DNA from: an uncultured Chloroflexia bacterium
GTDB lineage: Bacteria; Chloroflexota; Chloroflexia; QHBQ01; JADMIH01
Reading direction: 5' to 3'
Assembly: GCA_963797095.1 (NCBI GenBank)
Contig: CAWCNY010000003.1
Coordinates: 384,001-448,000 of the forward strand
DNA: 64,000 nt
This document shows, in pieces, positions 19,776-30,675 of the stretch. The position numbers and the translations under genes were made by a program. Within the stretch, counting starts at the first letter, position 1; each line of letters opens with the position of its first letter. The notes below the pieces were generated by a model. It worked only from the letters and a program-made list of their open reading frames with translations, was not told the origin of the DNA and ran no database searches.

Positions 19776-21179
19776 TTATCCGGCCCTGCCGTGGGCCACG
19801 AACTCCAACAGGTCGCTGCGGGTGATCAGGCCGACCGGCTTGCCCGCTTCTTCCACCAGCACCGCGCTGTTGTTGGCGAGCAGGGCTGGCACCACGCGCT
19901 CCACAGGCTCCGCCACGTCCATCAGCGGGAAGGGCGGGTCCATCACGCTCGATACTTTGCTGTCGATCACAGTCGGGTCGCGGAACACACGCTCAAGGAG
20001 GTTGCGCTCCTGGATCGAGCCAACCATAGATTGCACGTTATTGAAAGGCCCAGCGCCGTTGCCGTCGCCACTGCCCGGCCTCGTTACCGGCAATTGGGAG
20101 ATATTATACTGCTGCAACAGGTCTATCGCCTCGCGCACCGTCCTATCCGCCTGCACAGTCACCAGCTTGGGGATCTCGCGGCTCTGCCTGTTCACCAATT
20201 CGCGCACCCGCGCCTGGATAGGCAGCCTGTCGAGGAACCCGTTCTCGCGCAGCCAGGCATCATTGTACACCTTCGATAGATAGCCGCGCCCCGTGTCGGG
20301 CAGCAGCACCAGCACCGTCTTGCTCTCGTCGAGGCGCTTCGCCACCTGCATGGCCGCGAACATAGCAGTCCCCGCCGACCCCCCCACCAGGATCCCCTCT
20401 TCGCGTGTGATCCTGCGCGCTATCTCGAACGAGTCGCGGTCGCCCACCGTCACCCACTCGTCCACCATGCTCATGTCCATCGTGCCGGGCATGAAGTCCT
20501 CGCCGATCCCCTCCACCTTATAGGGCCGCGCCACGTCGCCCGTATAGAGAGAGCCTTCGGGGTCGGCACCCACCACCCACACGTTGGGGTTCTGCTCCTT
20601 GAGGTAGCGCGCCACCCCGGAGATCGTGCCACCGGTGCCCACGCCTGCCACGAACACATCGATCTTACCATCCAGTTGCCGCCAGATTTCGGGGCCTGTG
20701 GTGGCGTAATGCGCCTCCGGGTTGGCGGGGTTGAAATACTGGTTGGGCTGAAACGCACCAGGTATCTCGCGGGTGAGACGGTCGGCCACGCTGTAATAGC
20801 TCTCCTGACTCTCGCGGGGCACCGCCGTCGGCGTGGTGACCACCTCAGCCCCATAAGCCTTTAGCAAAGAGATCTTTTCCTGCGATACTTTATCGGGCAT
20901 CACGAACACGCACTTGTACCCCAGGATGGCGGCTGCGATGGCAAGCCCGGTCCCGGTGTTCCCCGATGTAGGTTCTACGATGGTGCCGCCACGCTGCAAC
21001 ACTCCATTGGCCTCCGCATCCCTGATCATCTTTATGCCGATGCGGTCTTTGACCGAGTTGCCTGGGTTGAACATCTCCAGCTTCGCAAGCAACGCCGGTC
21101 TGAACCCGCGATTCAGGCTTGGCAGCCGCACTATTGGAGTATTCCCGATCAACTCAAGAACGTTATCATAGACTTCCAT
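19776..21179 (-). CDS. cbs: Cystathionine beta-synthase with C-terminal CBS pair
   Basis: NPGNSVKDR (PLP Lys), PTSGNTG, GVGTGGT, LPDTGRGYLSK and a CBS domain. Confidence 0.93.
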   Translation of the reverse strand: MEVYDNVLELIGNTPIVRLPSLNRGFRPALLAKLEMFNPGNSVKDRIGIKMIRDAEANGVLQRGGTIVEPTSGNTGTGLAIAAAILGYKCVFVMPDKVSQEKISLLKAYGAEVVTTPTAVPRESQESYYSVADRLTREIPGAFQPNQYFNPANPEAHYATTGPEIWRQLDGKIDVFVAGVGTGGTISGVARYLKEQNPNVWVVGADPEGSLYTGDVARPYKVEGIGEDFMPGTMDMSMVDEWVTVGDRDSFEIARRITREEGILVGGSAGTAMFAAMQVAKRLDESKTVLVLLPDTGRGYLSKVYNDAWLRENGFLDRLPIQARVRELVNRQSREIPKLVTVQADRTVREAIDLLQQYNISQLPVTRPGSGDGNGAGPFNNVQSMVGSIQERNLLERVFRDPTVIDSKVSSVMDPPFPLMDVAEPVERVVPALLANNSAVLVEEAGKPVGLITRSDLLEFVAHGRAG

Positions 21180-21215
21180 AGTCTGTCCTCTCTGAACGGG
21201 CGACGCTGCCCGTAT

Positions 21216-21243
21216 GCGGAATGTAGAATGTGGAGTGCGGAAT
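21216..21243. repeat. (GYRGART)x4 heptamer array upstream of cbs
   Basis: gcggaat gtagaat gtggagt gcggaat. Confidence 0.7.
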
Positions 21244-21428
21244 GCCTGCATTGGGTGCTTCCGCGTTGCCATCATTTATCTATCTGATTATAGTTTCGGG
21301 TGGGGTGTAAGTCAAACCTTGAATAGAACCCTCCGGGCCTGGGCGCGTTATACTAAGAGTTCATCAGCCCACACTGCGGGCTGCCCTGCCGTTGAACCAC
21401 AACACCCGTGCTATTGTAGAGGGTACGT

Positions 21429-24095
21429 ATGAGTAAGAGGCATCTTTTCACAGTTGTCCTGGTCGCGGCGCTCTTGCTTACATTTGGAAGTGCAGCGCAA
21501 ACACCACCAAGCAATCAGGAGGCGCTTGCCGGTGCGCCCACCGGCTGCCTGGGCATCCTCCCCACGCCCCCGATAAACGCCCAATCGAGCGAAATTACAG
21601 CCCTCAGTCCCCTCTCAACCACCGACGTATGGGCCGTAGGCAACACTCACACTACGGAACCCTCCGACCACTCAGACGGCTTCTCCATGCACTACAACGG
21701 CACCGACTGGCAGATCATATCGACCGACGCGATCACGCAGTCATATACCCTGCAAGATATCGCCGCCACCTCACCAAACGACGCATGGGCTGTCGGCTCC
21801 TACGATAACGGCTCGACTGCCTCCAACCCCGGCATAGGCAGGCTCGTGCTGCACTGGAACGGCAAGACCTGGGGCGCGTCCCTGAAGGGTGCAACCGGCG
21901 AACTCAACGCGGTATCAGCCACCTCCTCAGGCGATGTATGGGCGGTGGGCGATGCTGGAGGTCCCGGCATTGTGCATCACTGGAACGGCCACGCATGGAC
22001 CGAAACGCCGATCAACAGTTACGCCCTGAGAGATGTGGTTGCCCTCGCCCCCGACGATGTGTGGATAGCAGGCTCGGCAAGCCCCGCAGGCGCATCAGTC
22101 TATCACTGGGACGGCGAGCGATGGTCTGCTACCAATAGCCCGATCCTCGACGCCTACGGTCTGCTTGCCCTCGACCACAACAATGTGTGGGTGATCGGAA
22201 GCCGGACGTACCAGCCCGAAACCTTCCATTGGGATGGTACCACCTGGACCGAAGCGCCATCGAGTTACAGCATTGACGCGCAACTGAACGCGGCTGCGGC
22301 CTACGCCCCCGACGACATCTGGGCGGCAGGTACCCTCGCTTCGAACGCTTTGCTCGCCCACTGGGACGGCACCACCTGGTCCGGTATCCCCAACCCCGTC
22401 CCTGGCTTCCAGTCCGGCCTGAACGACATAGTGAGGGTGGGCGATGAGCTTTGGGCGGGCGGCTCGCGCGTAGTGAGAAGCTCAGGCGACGCGGACGCCG
22501 CAATCGCACGCTACACGACGTCGCCGTGCCCCGCGCCCGGCCCCTCCGGCCCGCTAAATCCGCCCGTGCCTGTGCCAGGCTCCGAAAGCCTCCCCTTCGC
22601 CACCGGCAAGAGCATCAACGGTGTGTTCCTCAAGTACTGGCAGGATCACGGCGGCCTGCAACAACAGGGCTACCCCATCACCGATGCAATAGGCGAGATA
22701 AGCGACCTCGATGGCAAGGTCTACACCATGCAATATTTCGAGCGCGCGGTGTTCGAGTACCACCCTGAGCACAGAGGCACACCCTACGAAGTGCTGCTAT
22801 CCCAGCTTGGCACCTTCCAGTACGCCCAAAAGTACCCGGACGGCGCGCCCAACCAGCGTCCCAACCAGGACGCGGGCACGCTCTACTTCCCCGAAACGGG
22901 CAAGCGCCTCGGCGGCAGCTTGCTACAATACTGGCAGCAGCACGGCGGCCTAGCCCAGCAGGGCTATCCCATCTCCGACGAGTTCACAGAGGTATCGGAC
23001 ACAGATGGCAAGCCCTACACCGTCCAGTACTTCGAGCGCGCGGTGTTCGAGTGGCACCCCGAGAACCCGCCTCCCTACAACGTGCTCCTGAGCCTGCTGG
23101 GCAACTTCCGGTACAACGACAAGTACCTCAGCAAGCCAACATCACCGCCATCAAGCCAGCCTCGCGTGATCTCAGGCGATATAGGCGGTGGCCTGATGGG
23201 CGGGGGCCATTACCTGTTCTGGCACGACGCCCCCAACTCCGGCTCCAACGTCAACCTTTTCCGGGCATACAACGCCCAACAAAATATGCAATTCTCTGTC
23301 GGTGGAGGTGATAATCGCCCGATGAGCTTCCCGGCGGCTGCCGATAGTAAGAGGGCGATCTGGCGCGTCAACTCCGATCTGTTCGAACTGTTCGACTTCG
23401 GCACTGGCGCCACCTTCACAGTCAACGTACCCGCCGGATCGTCCTCTCCCACCCCGAACATCAACGAGCTTGCCCTCGATGACAACACGCTCTATTACAT
23501 CACATCCGATTCTTTGGGCTACCGGGTGATCTCACAGGATTTGATCCGGCAGGAAGACAAGGTCGTTACCACCTCGAAGAATCCGCTATCCAACCTGTGG
23601 GAGAGGGATGGCATCGCCATGTGGCTCGAAACGGTCGCCGCCACCCCCCGCGAGCAAGCCCTCCATGTGTGGAACGCCTCCGCCCGCAGCGAGTTCGTGC
23701 CCGCCCAGGGCATCGGCGCATTCACAGGTTTCGGGGCGTCGGGCGACTACCTTGTGTGGTCCTTCTACACCACCATCTCCGACCAGGCCACCTATCTGCT
23801 AGACACGCGCACAGGCGCACGCAAAGTGCTCAATTCAGGCGCGGCAAGCAAGCCCATTATCGCAAGCAACAAAGTGGCCTGGATCCAATGGCCCGATCCC
23901 GCCAAAGGCGAAACCGGCGGCTGGAACATCGAGATATACAACGTAGAAACAGGCAAAACCACCACCGCCGTAGCCAACCTACCGGCCATGCCCCAGGATC
24001 TCATGCTGCTCGACGGCGACAAGTTGGCATTCACAGCCGACACAGACATATCAGCAAACGGTTCAGAACTCTTCATAGTAGACCTGGCGCCATAG
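21429..24095 (+). CDS. Secreted protein: DVWAVG/HWNG..W propeller, two YFERAVFE repeats and a C-terminal propeller-like domain
   Basis: Signal peptide and repeated blade motifs. Confidence 0.85.
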   Translation: MSKRHLFTVVLVAALLLTFGSAAQTPPSNQEALAGAPTGCLGILPTPPINAQSSEITALSPLSTTDVWAVGNTHTTEPSDHSDGFSMHYNGTDWQIISTDAITQSYTLQDIAATSPNDAWAVGSYDNGSTASNPGIGRLVLHWNGKTWGASLKGATGELNAVSATSSGDVWAVGDAGGPGIVHHWNGHAWTETPINSYALRDVVALAPDDVWIAGSASPAGASVYHWDGERWSATNSPILDAYGLLALDHNNVWVIGSRTYQPETFHWDGTTWTEAPSSYSIDAQLNAAAAYAPDDIWAAGTLASNALLAHWDGTTWSGIPNPVPGFQSGLNDIVRVGDELWAGGSRVVRSSGDADAAIARYTTSPCPAPGPSGPLNPPVPVPGSESLPFATGKSINGVFLKYWQDHGGLQQQGYPITDAIGEISDLDGKVYTMQYFERAVFEYHPEHRGTPYEVLLSQLGTFQYAQKYPDGAPNQRPNQDAGTLYFPETGKRLGGSLLQYWQQHGGLAQQGYPISDEFTEVSDTDGKPYTVQYFERAVFEWHPENPPPYNVLLSLLGNFRYNDKYLSKPTSPPSSQPRVISGDIGGGLMGGGHYLFWHDAPNSGSNVNLFRAYNAQQNMQFSVGGGDNRPMSFPAAADSKRAIWRVNSDLFELFDFGTGATFTVNVPAGSSSPTPNINELALDDNTLYYITSDSLGYRVISQDLIRQEDKVVTTSKNPLSNLWERDGIAMWLETVAATPREQALHVWNASARSEFVPAQGIGAFTGFGASGDYLVWSFYTTISDQATYLLDTRTGARKVLNSGAASKPIIASNKVAWIQWPDPAKGETGGWNIEIYNVETGKTTTAVANLPAMPQDLMLLDGDKLAFTADTDISANGSELFIVDLAP

Positions 24096-24162
24096 CTAAG
24101 CGCCAGAGTCTTGCCACGTCGAATTGTGAAAATGCACGCGACGACGCCCCATCTATGAGGTT

Positions 24163-24190
24163 GTCATCCTGAGCGAAGCGAAGGATCTCG
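24163..24190. repeat. GTCATCCTGAGCGAAGCGAAGGATCTC REP-like palindrome
   Basis: Recognisable widespread short-repeat motif between convergent genes. Confidence 0.7.
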
Positions 24191-24232
24191 CTCTTCAACC
24201 TCGATACAGGTCTGCAAGTGGAGATCTCCACC

Positions 24233-25324
24233 TTATTCATGCAGCGAGCCGTCGGGCATGACTGTGCTGCTTGAGGAGCGTAAATTACCGAGTTGCCCCT
24301 CGATTATCCTTGCGCCTTTAAGGTGGTTCTAAAAAGGTCTACCCTTTCCAGGTCGACGGATGTTAAATCTGTATCCTCAAAGTCGCACCCTATAAGTGTG
24401 GCGCCTGCAAAAGCTAGCATCTTCGGACTCGCGCCCAGACGTAGTAGATTGTAGGTTCGCACCATGAAAGCTAACCTCTTCAAAACGTGCCTTGAATATA
24501 TCTGATCCGTACAAAATGGCGCCCTCCATAGATATATACCCTAAGTCCGCATGGCGTAAGTTGCAATGGCTCAAATCACATTTACTATAACTCCCTGAAG
24601 TTAGCACCAAGTTGCTAAGATCAGCAGCCTCCAAGGAAACAAGCGGACGCTCACCTTCCGATGCAATTAGCCCAGCCTCTGACAAGAAGCTAAGAACAAA
24701 GCCCTTTCGCGTGCCATCCAGGCGAGTCAGCAATGACAGTGTGCGCGCTCGAATTATGATCGCCGAGTTATCTGTTGATTGCCTAGCTGTTGGCGAGTTA
24801 CTTGTTGAATTTCTAGCAATGTCCGAAACCAAGTCGGACATTCTGTCCATATATGTTTGGAGAGCGCTTTCTTTGAGTCGATCATCTTCGAGTTCCCTTT
24901 CCAGCTTGGCACGAGCTTCATCTCTTGCTGCCTCTTGCTGCGCTCTTTCCTCTAGTCGGGATGCATCTTCTTGAGAGCGTATGTCTGCCATCCTACGATC
25001 ATTCTCTCGATCGGCTTTGCTAAAAAGTAGTCCTCCTCCCGCTAGCACAAGTGGGACTATCAGCAAATCCAACCAATCCCACAAAGACTCTGGCGTTCCA
25101 CTAGGCTGTCCGGAAATGTCGGGCTGATTGGGGAGTCCTGTCCACGTCCAATTCAGCCAATAGCCCAACATAATAAGCAAAGCAAATGCGATAACTCCGA
25201 CAATGCTCGCAATCACCCAGCGATTTCGCCCCACCAATTTGGTTGTCGTTCGTCGCCCATAATCAACTGCCCCGCTGTCATCTACGCAACCGAGAATAGC
25301 TCGGTCGCAGGTGATGTGCAGCAT
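24233..25324 (-). pseudogene. Pentapeptide-repeat membrane protein with two compensating frameshifts
   Basis: WDWLDLLIVP, IRARTL and pentapeptide repeats continuing in a shifted frame (GATLIGCDFEDTDL), then returning to end ..VMPDGSLHE* at 24233; lower GC than its neighbours. Confidence 0.75.
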
Positions 25325-25536
25325 TGTACACTTCCTCTCTCAGCGCACCTCTTGAAAAATGTGCTCTTTGTACGCGGGCGCTGTCTGTCGCTTCTTGTGC
25401 ACCTCGGTATCTGACGGTCAACACTCCTGAGACTTCCATCTCGACCGATCCAAACCAGGTGCTCGCAACTTCGTGCACGTCGAATACGCCGTCGTTATAG
25501 GGACGGCGATCACTGACATGTCGGGGTGCTCCACCA

Positions 25537-26946
25537 CTAACCTACCGGCGCAACCTCTCCTTGCCGCACCTCAAGCAAAGTAGCTTTTTCCAAGAAGGCC
25601 GGGTCGAACCCCGACAAATCCGTCGCCGTGATCAGCGCCTGGTACTGCTGGTTCCCTATAGTACTCAGCAAATAACCGCGCCTTCTTATGTCAAGCTCAG
25701 ACATAATATCGTCCAGCAGCAGGATCGGAGTATCCCCTGTCTCGGCGGTCATCAAATCCACCTCCGCCAACTTCAACGCCAGCACAGCCGTTCGCTGCTG
25801 CCCTCGCGACCCATACGCTCCCAGCGCCAGCGCCTGCCCCGAACTCACCTGCGGATCGCCAAGCTGGAATAGCAGATCGTCCCGGTGCGGTCCTAACAAA
25901 GACACACCGCGCCTCATTTCCTGCACTCTTGTCTCCTGTAGTTGGCTCCTGAACTCATTGGCTATCGCATCGACGTATTTTTCCAGGTGCGGAATGCGCC
26001 CGCGCAACAGGTGACTATCCGGCGTAGCCGTGAACTCGTCCTGACCAAGGTCTGCCACCGCGCTATCCGCCTCCATCTGCGCCAGCAAATCCGGCAGAAA
26101 CTCGGCCCGCGCCTTGGGCGCTACCCCCGTTTCGTACGCCACATGCAATCGAAGCTCGGCGGTCGGACGCCGCTCGCGCAACATGCGACGAGTGTCGGTC
26201 CTGCCGTTGGCGGCCTCCGTGCCCACCAACAGGTGATGCACCGCCTCCGCCCTGCTCGAAAGCCGCGCCGCGAACACATCGCGCCTCAGCACCACATACG
26301 CGCCGTGCTTCACCAACTCGTCGTCCCAGTAAGCAATCTCCTCGGCCACGTCCCGCGAGTGGGGGTTGCGTCCTTGCTCCTTCAACGACTTCAGCAGCGA
26401 GTTGCGCTGCGCCAGCACCTTCATATACTGCGACAGCAGCCGCACATACCTGTGGTCCATCTGCGACACCGTCACGTCCATGTAGCGCCTGCGAAGGGCG
26501 GGAGGCCCGGTCACAAGATCAACATCCTGTGGCGTGAAGAGCACCACGTTCACCTGCCCCACCAGGTCGATAGCCCGCCTCGGATTCCCGTTCACTTTGA
26601 TCCGCTTGCGGGCCTGCGCCGAACCCTGCAAGCCTCCCGGCCCCTCGGGCGCTTCGTCCCGCACCACCAGCACCTCCACCTGCAACGGCCCACGCTCGCG
26701 CTCCACGCTAGCCACCACCCGGCTGAAAGGCGGCGATCCCAGGTCGTTGGGCGCAGCGAAGTTGATCAACTCAAGGTCTGATGTGGTGCGCGGCGAGCGC
26801 GTGGTGGCGAGCAAATACAACGCCTCCAGCAGCGATGTCTTGCCGGAGGCGTTATCGCCTTGCAGGACGGTCACGCCCGGCGAAAGTTGCAGCGAAAGGT
26901 GCCGGTAGTTGCGGAACTCGTCCAGTGTCAGCGTTTGGCAGTACAT
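25537..26946 (-). CDS. recF: DNA replication/repair protein RecF (long form with insertions)
   Basis: FRNY, GDNASGKT, GPHRDDL, SRGQQR, LLDDIMSELD. Confidence 0.95.
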   Translation of the reverse strand: MYCQTLTLDEFRNYRHLSLQLSPGVTVLQGDNASGKTSLLEALYLLATTRSPRTTSDLELINFAAPNDLGSPPFSRVVASVERERGPLQVEVLVVRDEAPEGPGGLQGSAQARKRIKVNGNPRRAIDLVGQVNVVLFTPQDVDLVTGPPALRRRYMDVTVSQMDHRYVRLLSQYMKVLAQRNSLLKSLKEQGRNPHSRDVAEEIAYWDDELVKHGAYVVLRRDVFAARLSSRAEAVHHLLVGTEAANGRTDTRRMLRERRPTAELRLHVAYETGVAPKARAEFLPDLLAQMEADSAVADLGQDEFTATPDSHLLRGRIPHLEKYVDAIANEFRSQLQETRVQEMRRGVSLLGPHRDDLLFQLGDPQVSSGQALALGAYGSRGQQRTAVLALKLAEVDLMTAETGDTPILLLDDIMSELDIRRRGYLLSTIGNQQYQALITATDLSGFDPAFLEKATLLEVRQGEVAPVG

Positions 26947-27003
26947 TTGGACTCGAAGGTGAAGGCCGGAGGCCCCGGTCGGGGAGCCTCCAAATCTCTA
27001 CAC

Positions 27004-28410
27004 TTACCTTCTGTAGCGGATACCCCCCGCCGTCCTGTCCTTGTTCAACCGGCGGCTGAGGTGCAGACCTTCCAGCACGAACTCTACCGCCGCAGCCACG
27101 GCAGCCGGGTTGCCCTGCGCTTCCAGCTTGGTGATCGCGCTCTTTACCCCTTTGAGGTCGGCAGCCTGGTGCACATACTCCATCGCTGGCATCGAATCCG
27201 CGATCTCGATTGTGAGGCCATTGTGGAACCGCGTCACCACGTCGTCGAAGTCGCTCAGCGAGAAGCGGCGATTCCAGGCAGCCAGCACAGCCCCCTGCAC
27301 CAACTTCTCGATCACCTTATCCTCACGCACGTCGCCCACCGACTCAAGCTCGATCTTGCCCGCCGTGGACGCGATCAGCGAGTGCAGGTCCGAAACGCGG
27401 GGCACCACCCGGTGCTCGCCCAGCTTGATTGCGCGCTTGAGGGCGTTGCTGATCATGTTCTCGTAGTTGGAGATCGACACACGCACCGATACGCCTGAGC
27501 GCTGGGATATGTCGGGGTGGCGGCGCGCCAGGTGCGTGATCTCAGCCACTATCTCCTTCATATACTGCGGCACATCGATCTCGTAGCCTGAGGTGGCGAA
27601 GTGGTTGCGCTCCTGCTCCATAATATCCATCTCATGGTCAAGCGTCGTCGGATAGTGGGTCCTGATCTGCGAGCCTGCGCGGTCCTTCAGCGGCGTTATA
27701 ATCCGCCCTCTGTTCGTATAGTCCTCAGGGTTGGCCGATGCCACCAGGTAGATGTCGAGCGGCAGCCGCACTTTGTACCCGCGTATCTGCACGTCGCGCT
27801 CCTCAAGGATGTTGAGCAGGCCCACCTGTATCCTCTCCGCCAGGTCGGGCAGTTCGTTGATACAAAAGATGCCCCGGTTGGTACGGGGCATCAAGCCATA
27901 GTGGATGGTCATCTCGTCCGAAAGGTAGCGCCCTTCAGCCACCTTGATAGGGTCCACCTCGCCGATCAGGTCGGCGATGGTGATGTCGGGGGTAGCAAGC
28001 TTCTCACCGTAGCGTTGGTCGCGCCCGATCCACTCGATCTCAACTGCGTCGCCCAACTCCTCGACGAGGGCCTTGCCCATGGCGCTGATCGGCTCGTAGG
28101 GGTCATCGTTCACCGGGCTTGCCTTGATAACCGGGATCTCCTCATCAAGCAGGTTGACCAGGGCGCGTGCCATGCGGGTCTTGGCCTGCCCGCGCTCTCC
28201 CAGGAAGATTATATCCTGCCCTGACAGTATGGCGTTCTCGACCTGGGGAATAACGGTATCGCTGTAGCCAACTATCCCCGGAAAGATTATCTGGTTGTCT
28301 CTCAGTTTCTGTATAAGGTTCTTGCGCATCTCCTCCTTGACGGGGAGCACGCGATATTCACTCTGACGAAGTTCGCCCAGCGTGCTTGGCCGGGCCGGTT
28401 GGTTGGACAT
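27004..28410 (-). CDS. AAA+ ATPase of the Mg-chelatase-I-like/Rv0958 type
   Basis: GERGQAKTR, NELPDL, SANPEDYTNRGRIITPLKDR. Confidence 0.85.
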   Translation of the reverse strand: MSNQPARPSTLGELRQSEYRVLPVKEEMRKNLIQKLRDNQIIFPGIVGYSDTVIPQVENAILSGQDIIFLGERGQAKTRMARALVNLLDEEIPVIKASPVNDDPYEPISAMGKALVEELGDAVEIEWIGRDQRYGEKLATPDITIADLIGEVDPIKVAEGRYLSDEMTIHYGLMPRTNRGIFCINELPDLAERIQVGLLNILEERDVQIRGYKVRLPLDIYLVASANPEDYTNRGRIITPLKDRAGSQIRTHYPTTLDHEMDIMEQERNHFATSGYEIDVPQYMKEIVAEITHLARRHPDISQRSGVSVRVSISNYENMISNALKRAIKLGEHRVVPRVSDLHSLIASTAGKIELESVGDVREDKVIEKLVQGAVLAAWNRRFSLSDFDDVVTRFHNGLTIEIADSMPAMEYVHQAADLKGVKSAITKLEAQGNPAAVAAAVEFVLEGLHLSRRLNKDRTAGGIRYRR

Positions 28411-28749
28411 AAGAAAAGTTCCTTCTATATATTACTCTGGTCGCGAAATTGGGGCTGCAAAGTGCGAGACTGGACCGCGTCGAACAGGTCCAGGGGATTT
28501 GCGTGCGGCTACACCCTCACGCACATACTATAAGATTAACGGGGCACGCGGTCAAGCCGGACAAACGGCTACTCGGTCGCTACTACGACCCTCTTATACT
28601 CCTCCAGGACCCCCTGTAAATCTATCTCCAGGCCGATTTCATAGACCAAAAAACCGCATATACTCGTTGCATACAAACAGGACTCTCCACATTAGACGGC
28701 TGCCCAACTGAACGGGAGAAGATACAACAAACCGAGGAGTAGAGAGAAG

Positions 28750-28965
28750 ATGAACCCTCCATTCGCGATGATCCAACAATTAGCTCAATATAGAGAAGAC
28801 GAAATACGCAGATCGGTAAATCAGCAAGAGATTCACCCCGCAAGGCAATCCAGGCCGCAAGGTCGATTTGCTACATCACTCAGCACCGTTTTCCAGAAGC
28901 GCGCACCGGCCCACAACTACGATGTCGTGTGCGCCGCCGAACAGGTTATCCAGCGCGTAGCGTAA
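28750..28965 (+). CDS. Small hypothetical protein
   Basis: ORF with purine-rich leader; no family recognised. Confidence 0.35.
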   Translation: MNPPFAMIQQLAQYREDEIRRSVNQQEIHPARQSRPQGRFATSLSTVFQKRAPAHNYDVVCAAEQVIQRVA

Positions 28966-29023
28966 TCTTCAGGCGCACGGTAGAGATAAGCGGGTGGAGA
29001 TAGCGAACCAGGGGCCTTTGGCC

Positions 29024-29860
29024 TCACGCTCGAAATCTCGCCAGCGCTGCCCGTGTCGAACTGATCCCGATCGCGCCGCTATCCTGCAAATCATCCAGGT
29101 GCTTTTTGCGACGCGCCACGTCCGCCTCCCAATTCTGAGGCGAAACCCCCGCCCAGCGTGCAAGCTCGGCAACCACTTCAGGCCGGATAAAGCGGTGGTC
29201 GAACGTATCGCTTTGTCTGTCCCATGAGGAGAGAAGAAAGGGGCACACACCCGGCAGAATGCCGGACGAACGGCCATCCACAGCCGGCAGGAGCAGGTGT
29301 ACAGCGTTGAAGCGCCGCACCGACGAGCCATAAGTACCGCTAACATAGAGGTTGATCACCAGGGTCAGCTTCGAGATCCATTCGTCGGGCACGAACAACG
29401 GGTCAGAATTGAGGATGCCGATCACATCGTCCACCGTTTCGGCGTGCATGGTCGAGCCTATGGCATACCCATTGTTGAGCAACTCGAACGTCTTGTAAAT
29501 ACGCGACCCCCACAGATAAATAGCCAGGTGGTCGCTCATCTCGTTCGCCAGCACATAGGTATGCGCGGGGTCGGCGTCGGGGGCCTGCGCGAACTCGAAG
29601 CTCTCGTAGTGCCCCCTCAGATAGACTTTTTTGTTGTCGGGCGGTATCAGGTCGAGCAGCGCGGTGAGCGTGGTGGTCTTTCCCGCCATCGGAGGCTCGG
29701 CGGCCACGATCAATGATGCCCGCTTCGATAGCATGGTCCACAGTAAGGACATGAGCGTGGTATCGGCACTGCCGGCGCTGATTATCTGCATAATCGAAAG
29801 TGGCACCGGTGCTTGCCAGTGCCAACCCCACCAACCAAACGGCTCCTCATTTTCGTCCAT
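29024..29860 (-). CDS. Short VirB11/CpaF-like P-loop ATPase
   Basis: EPPMAGKTT Walker A, LANE Walker-B-like and STMHA His box. Confidence 0.75.
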   Translation of the reverse strand: MDENEEPFGWWGWHWQAPVPLSIMQIISAGSADTTLMSLLWTMLSKRASLIVAAEPPMAGKTTTLTALLDLIPPDNKKVYLRGHYESFEFAQAPDADPAHTYVLANEMSDHLAIYLWGSRIYKTFELLNNGYAIGSTMHAETVDDVIGILNSDPLFVPDEWISKLTLVINLYVSGTYGSSVRRFNAVHLLLPAVDGRSSGILPGVCPFLLSSWDRQSDTFDHRFIRPEVVAELARWAGVSPQNWEADVARRKKHLDDLQDSGAIGISSTRAALARFRA

Positions 29861-29972
29861 AATGCTATCCCCTTTCTGCCTGTATTATACGACGAAAGCC
29901 GATATGGTATAATTTAACGGCGCGCAAATCCCCTTCCCCACTTCGATGGGCTGAGAATGTGGAGGAGACTCG

Positions 29973-30596
29973 ATGATCTGGGAAAGCCGCAAGTGGCGGT
30001 TAATTACGAGAATCCTGGCATTGGTGACGGCCAGCATCCTGATGTTTGCGGTGGCGGGACCGGTTTCCTATGCTTTGCAAGACGATACGCCAAAGCACAT
30101 CACCTTAGCCCGCCAGCTTTACGACGAAAAGGGCAGCCCCGTCACCAATCGCTATATCTACGTGGAAGCTCCACCCGATCTGACGCACGTGGTGGCGACG
30201 GGCGAAGGCGATAGCACGCGCTATCTGATCCCCATCAGCGGCTTCAATCATGAGCTTTTTATTTACACAGACAAAGGCGGCTACCTCTTCCCGTTCGACT
30301 ATACCCCGGAATCGGGCTTCCTCACCGACGCCACCCCTGTCCGCTATTTCGGCAAAGTAACCACCCTTCAGAGCCAACCCAACTCGGACCAAGCAATCGA
30401 GGGCCTGGCCGCGCAAGGGATCAATATCGACAAAGATAACGCAATGGTGCTCGTCCAGGGCGAAGAACCAAGCGACTACCGGCCAATAGTGCCGGTAATG
30501 CCCGCCCTGGCCCTGTTCTGGGGCGCGACCCTGATAGGAGCCTGGCAAATCTGGCGGGGCCGTCGCCCCAGGCGCAGGCCGACTTATGCAGCATGA
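29973..30596 (+). CDS. Membrane-anchored hypothetical protein
   Basis: N- and C-terminal hydrophobic helices; GGAGG RBS. Confidence 0.65.
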   Translation: MIWESRKWRLITRILALVTASILMFAVAGPVSYALQDDTPKHITLARQLYDEKGSPVTNRYIYVEAPPDLTHVVATGEGDSTRYLIPISGFNHELFIYTDKGGYLFPFDYTPESGFLTDATPVRYFGKVTTLQSQPNSDQAIEGLAAQGINIDKDNAMVLVQGEEPSDYRPIVPVMPALALFWGATLIGAWQIWRGRRPRRRPTYAA

Positions 30597-30664
30597 CGAG
30601 TGACAAGTAACGAGTGACGAGTAACAAGTACCGCAATACGCAAGACGCAATAATCACTCGTCAC
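30595..30664. repeat. (RACRAGT)x5-(ACGCAAT)n-ACTCGTC heptamer cassette
   Basis: Same architecture as 3597-3662. Confidence 0.85.
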
Positions 30665-30675
30665 CAACCATCACC

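Noticed and set aside
24241-24262. Second arm of the REP at 24163
   Set aside because: Better explained as the VMPDGS C-terminus of the pentapeptide gene.
27004-28410. bchI as evidence for phototrophy
   Set aside because: Motifs fit the widespread Rv0958-like AAA+ family, and no bch genes are nearby.
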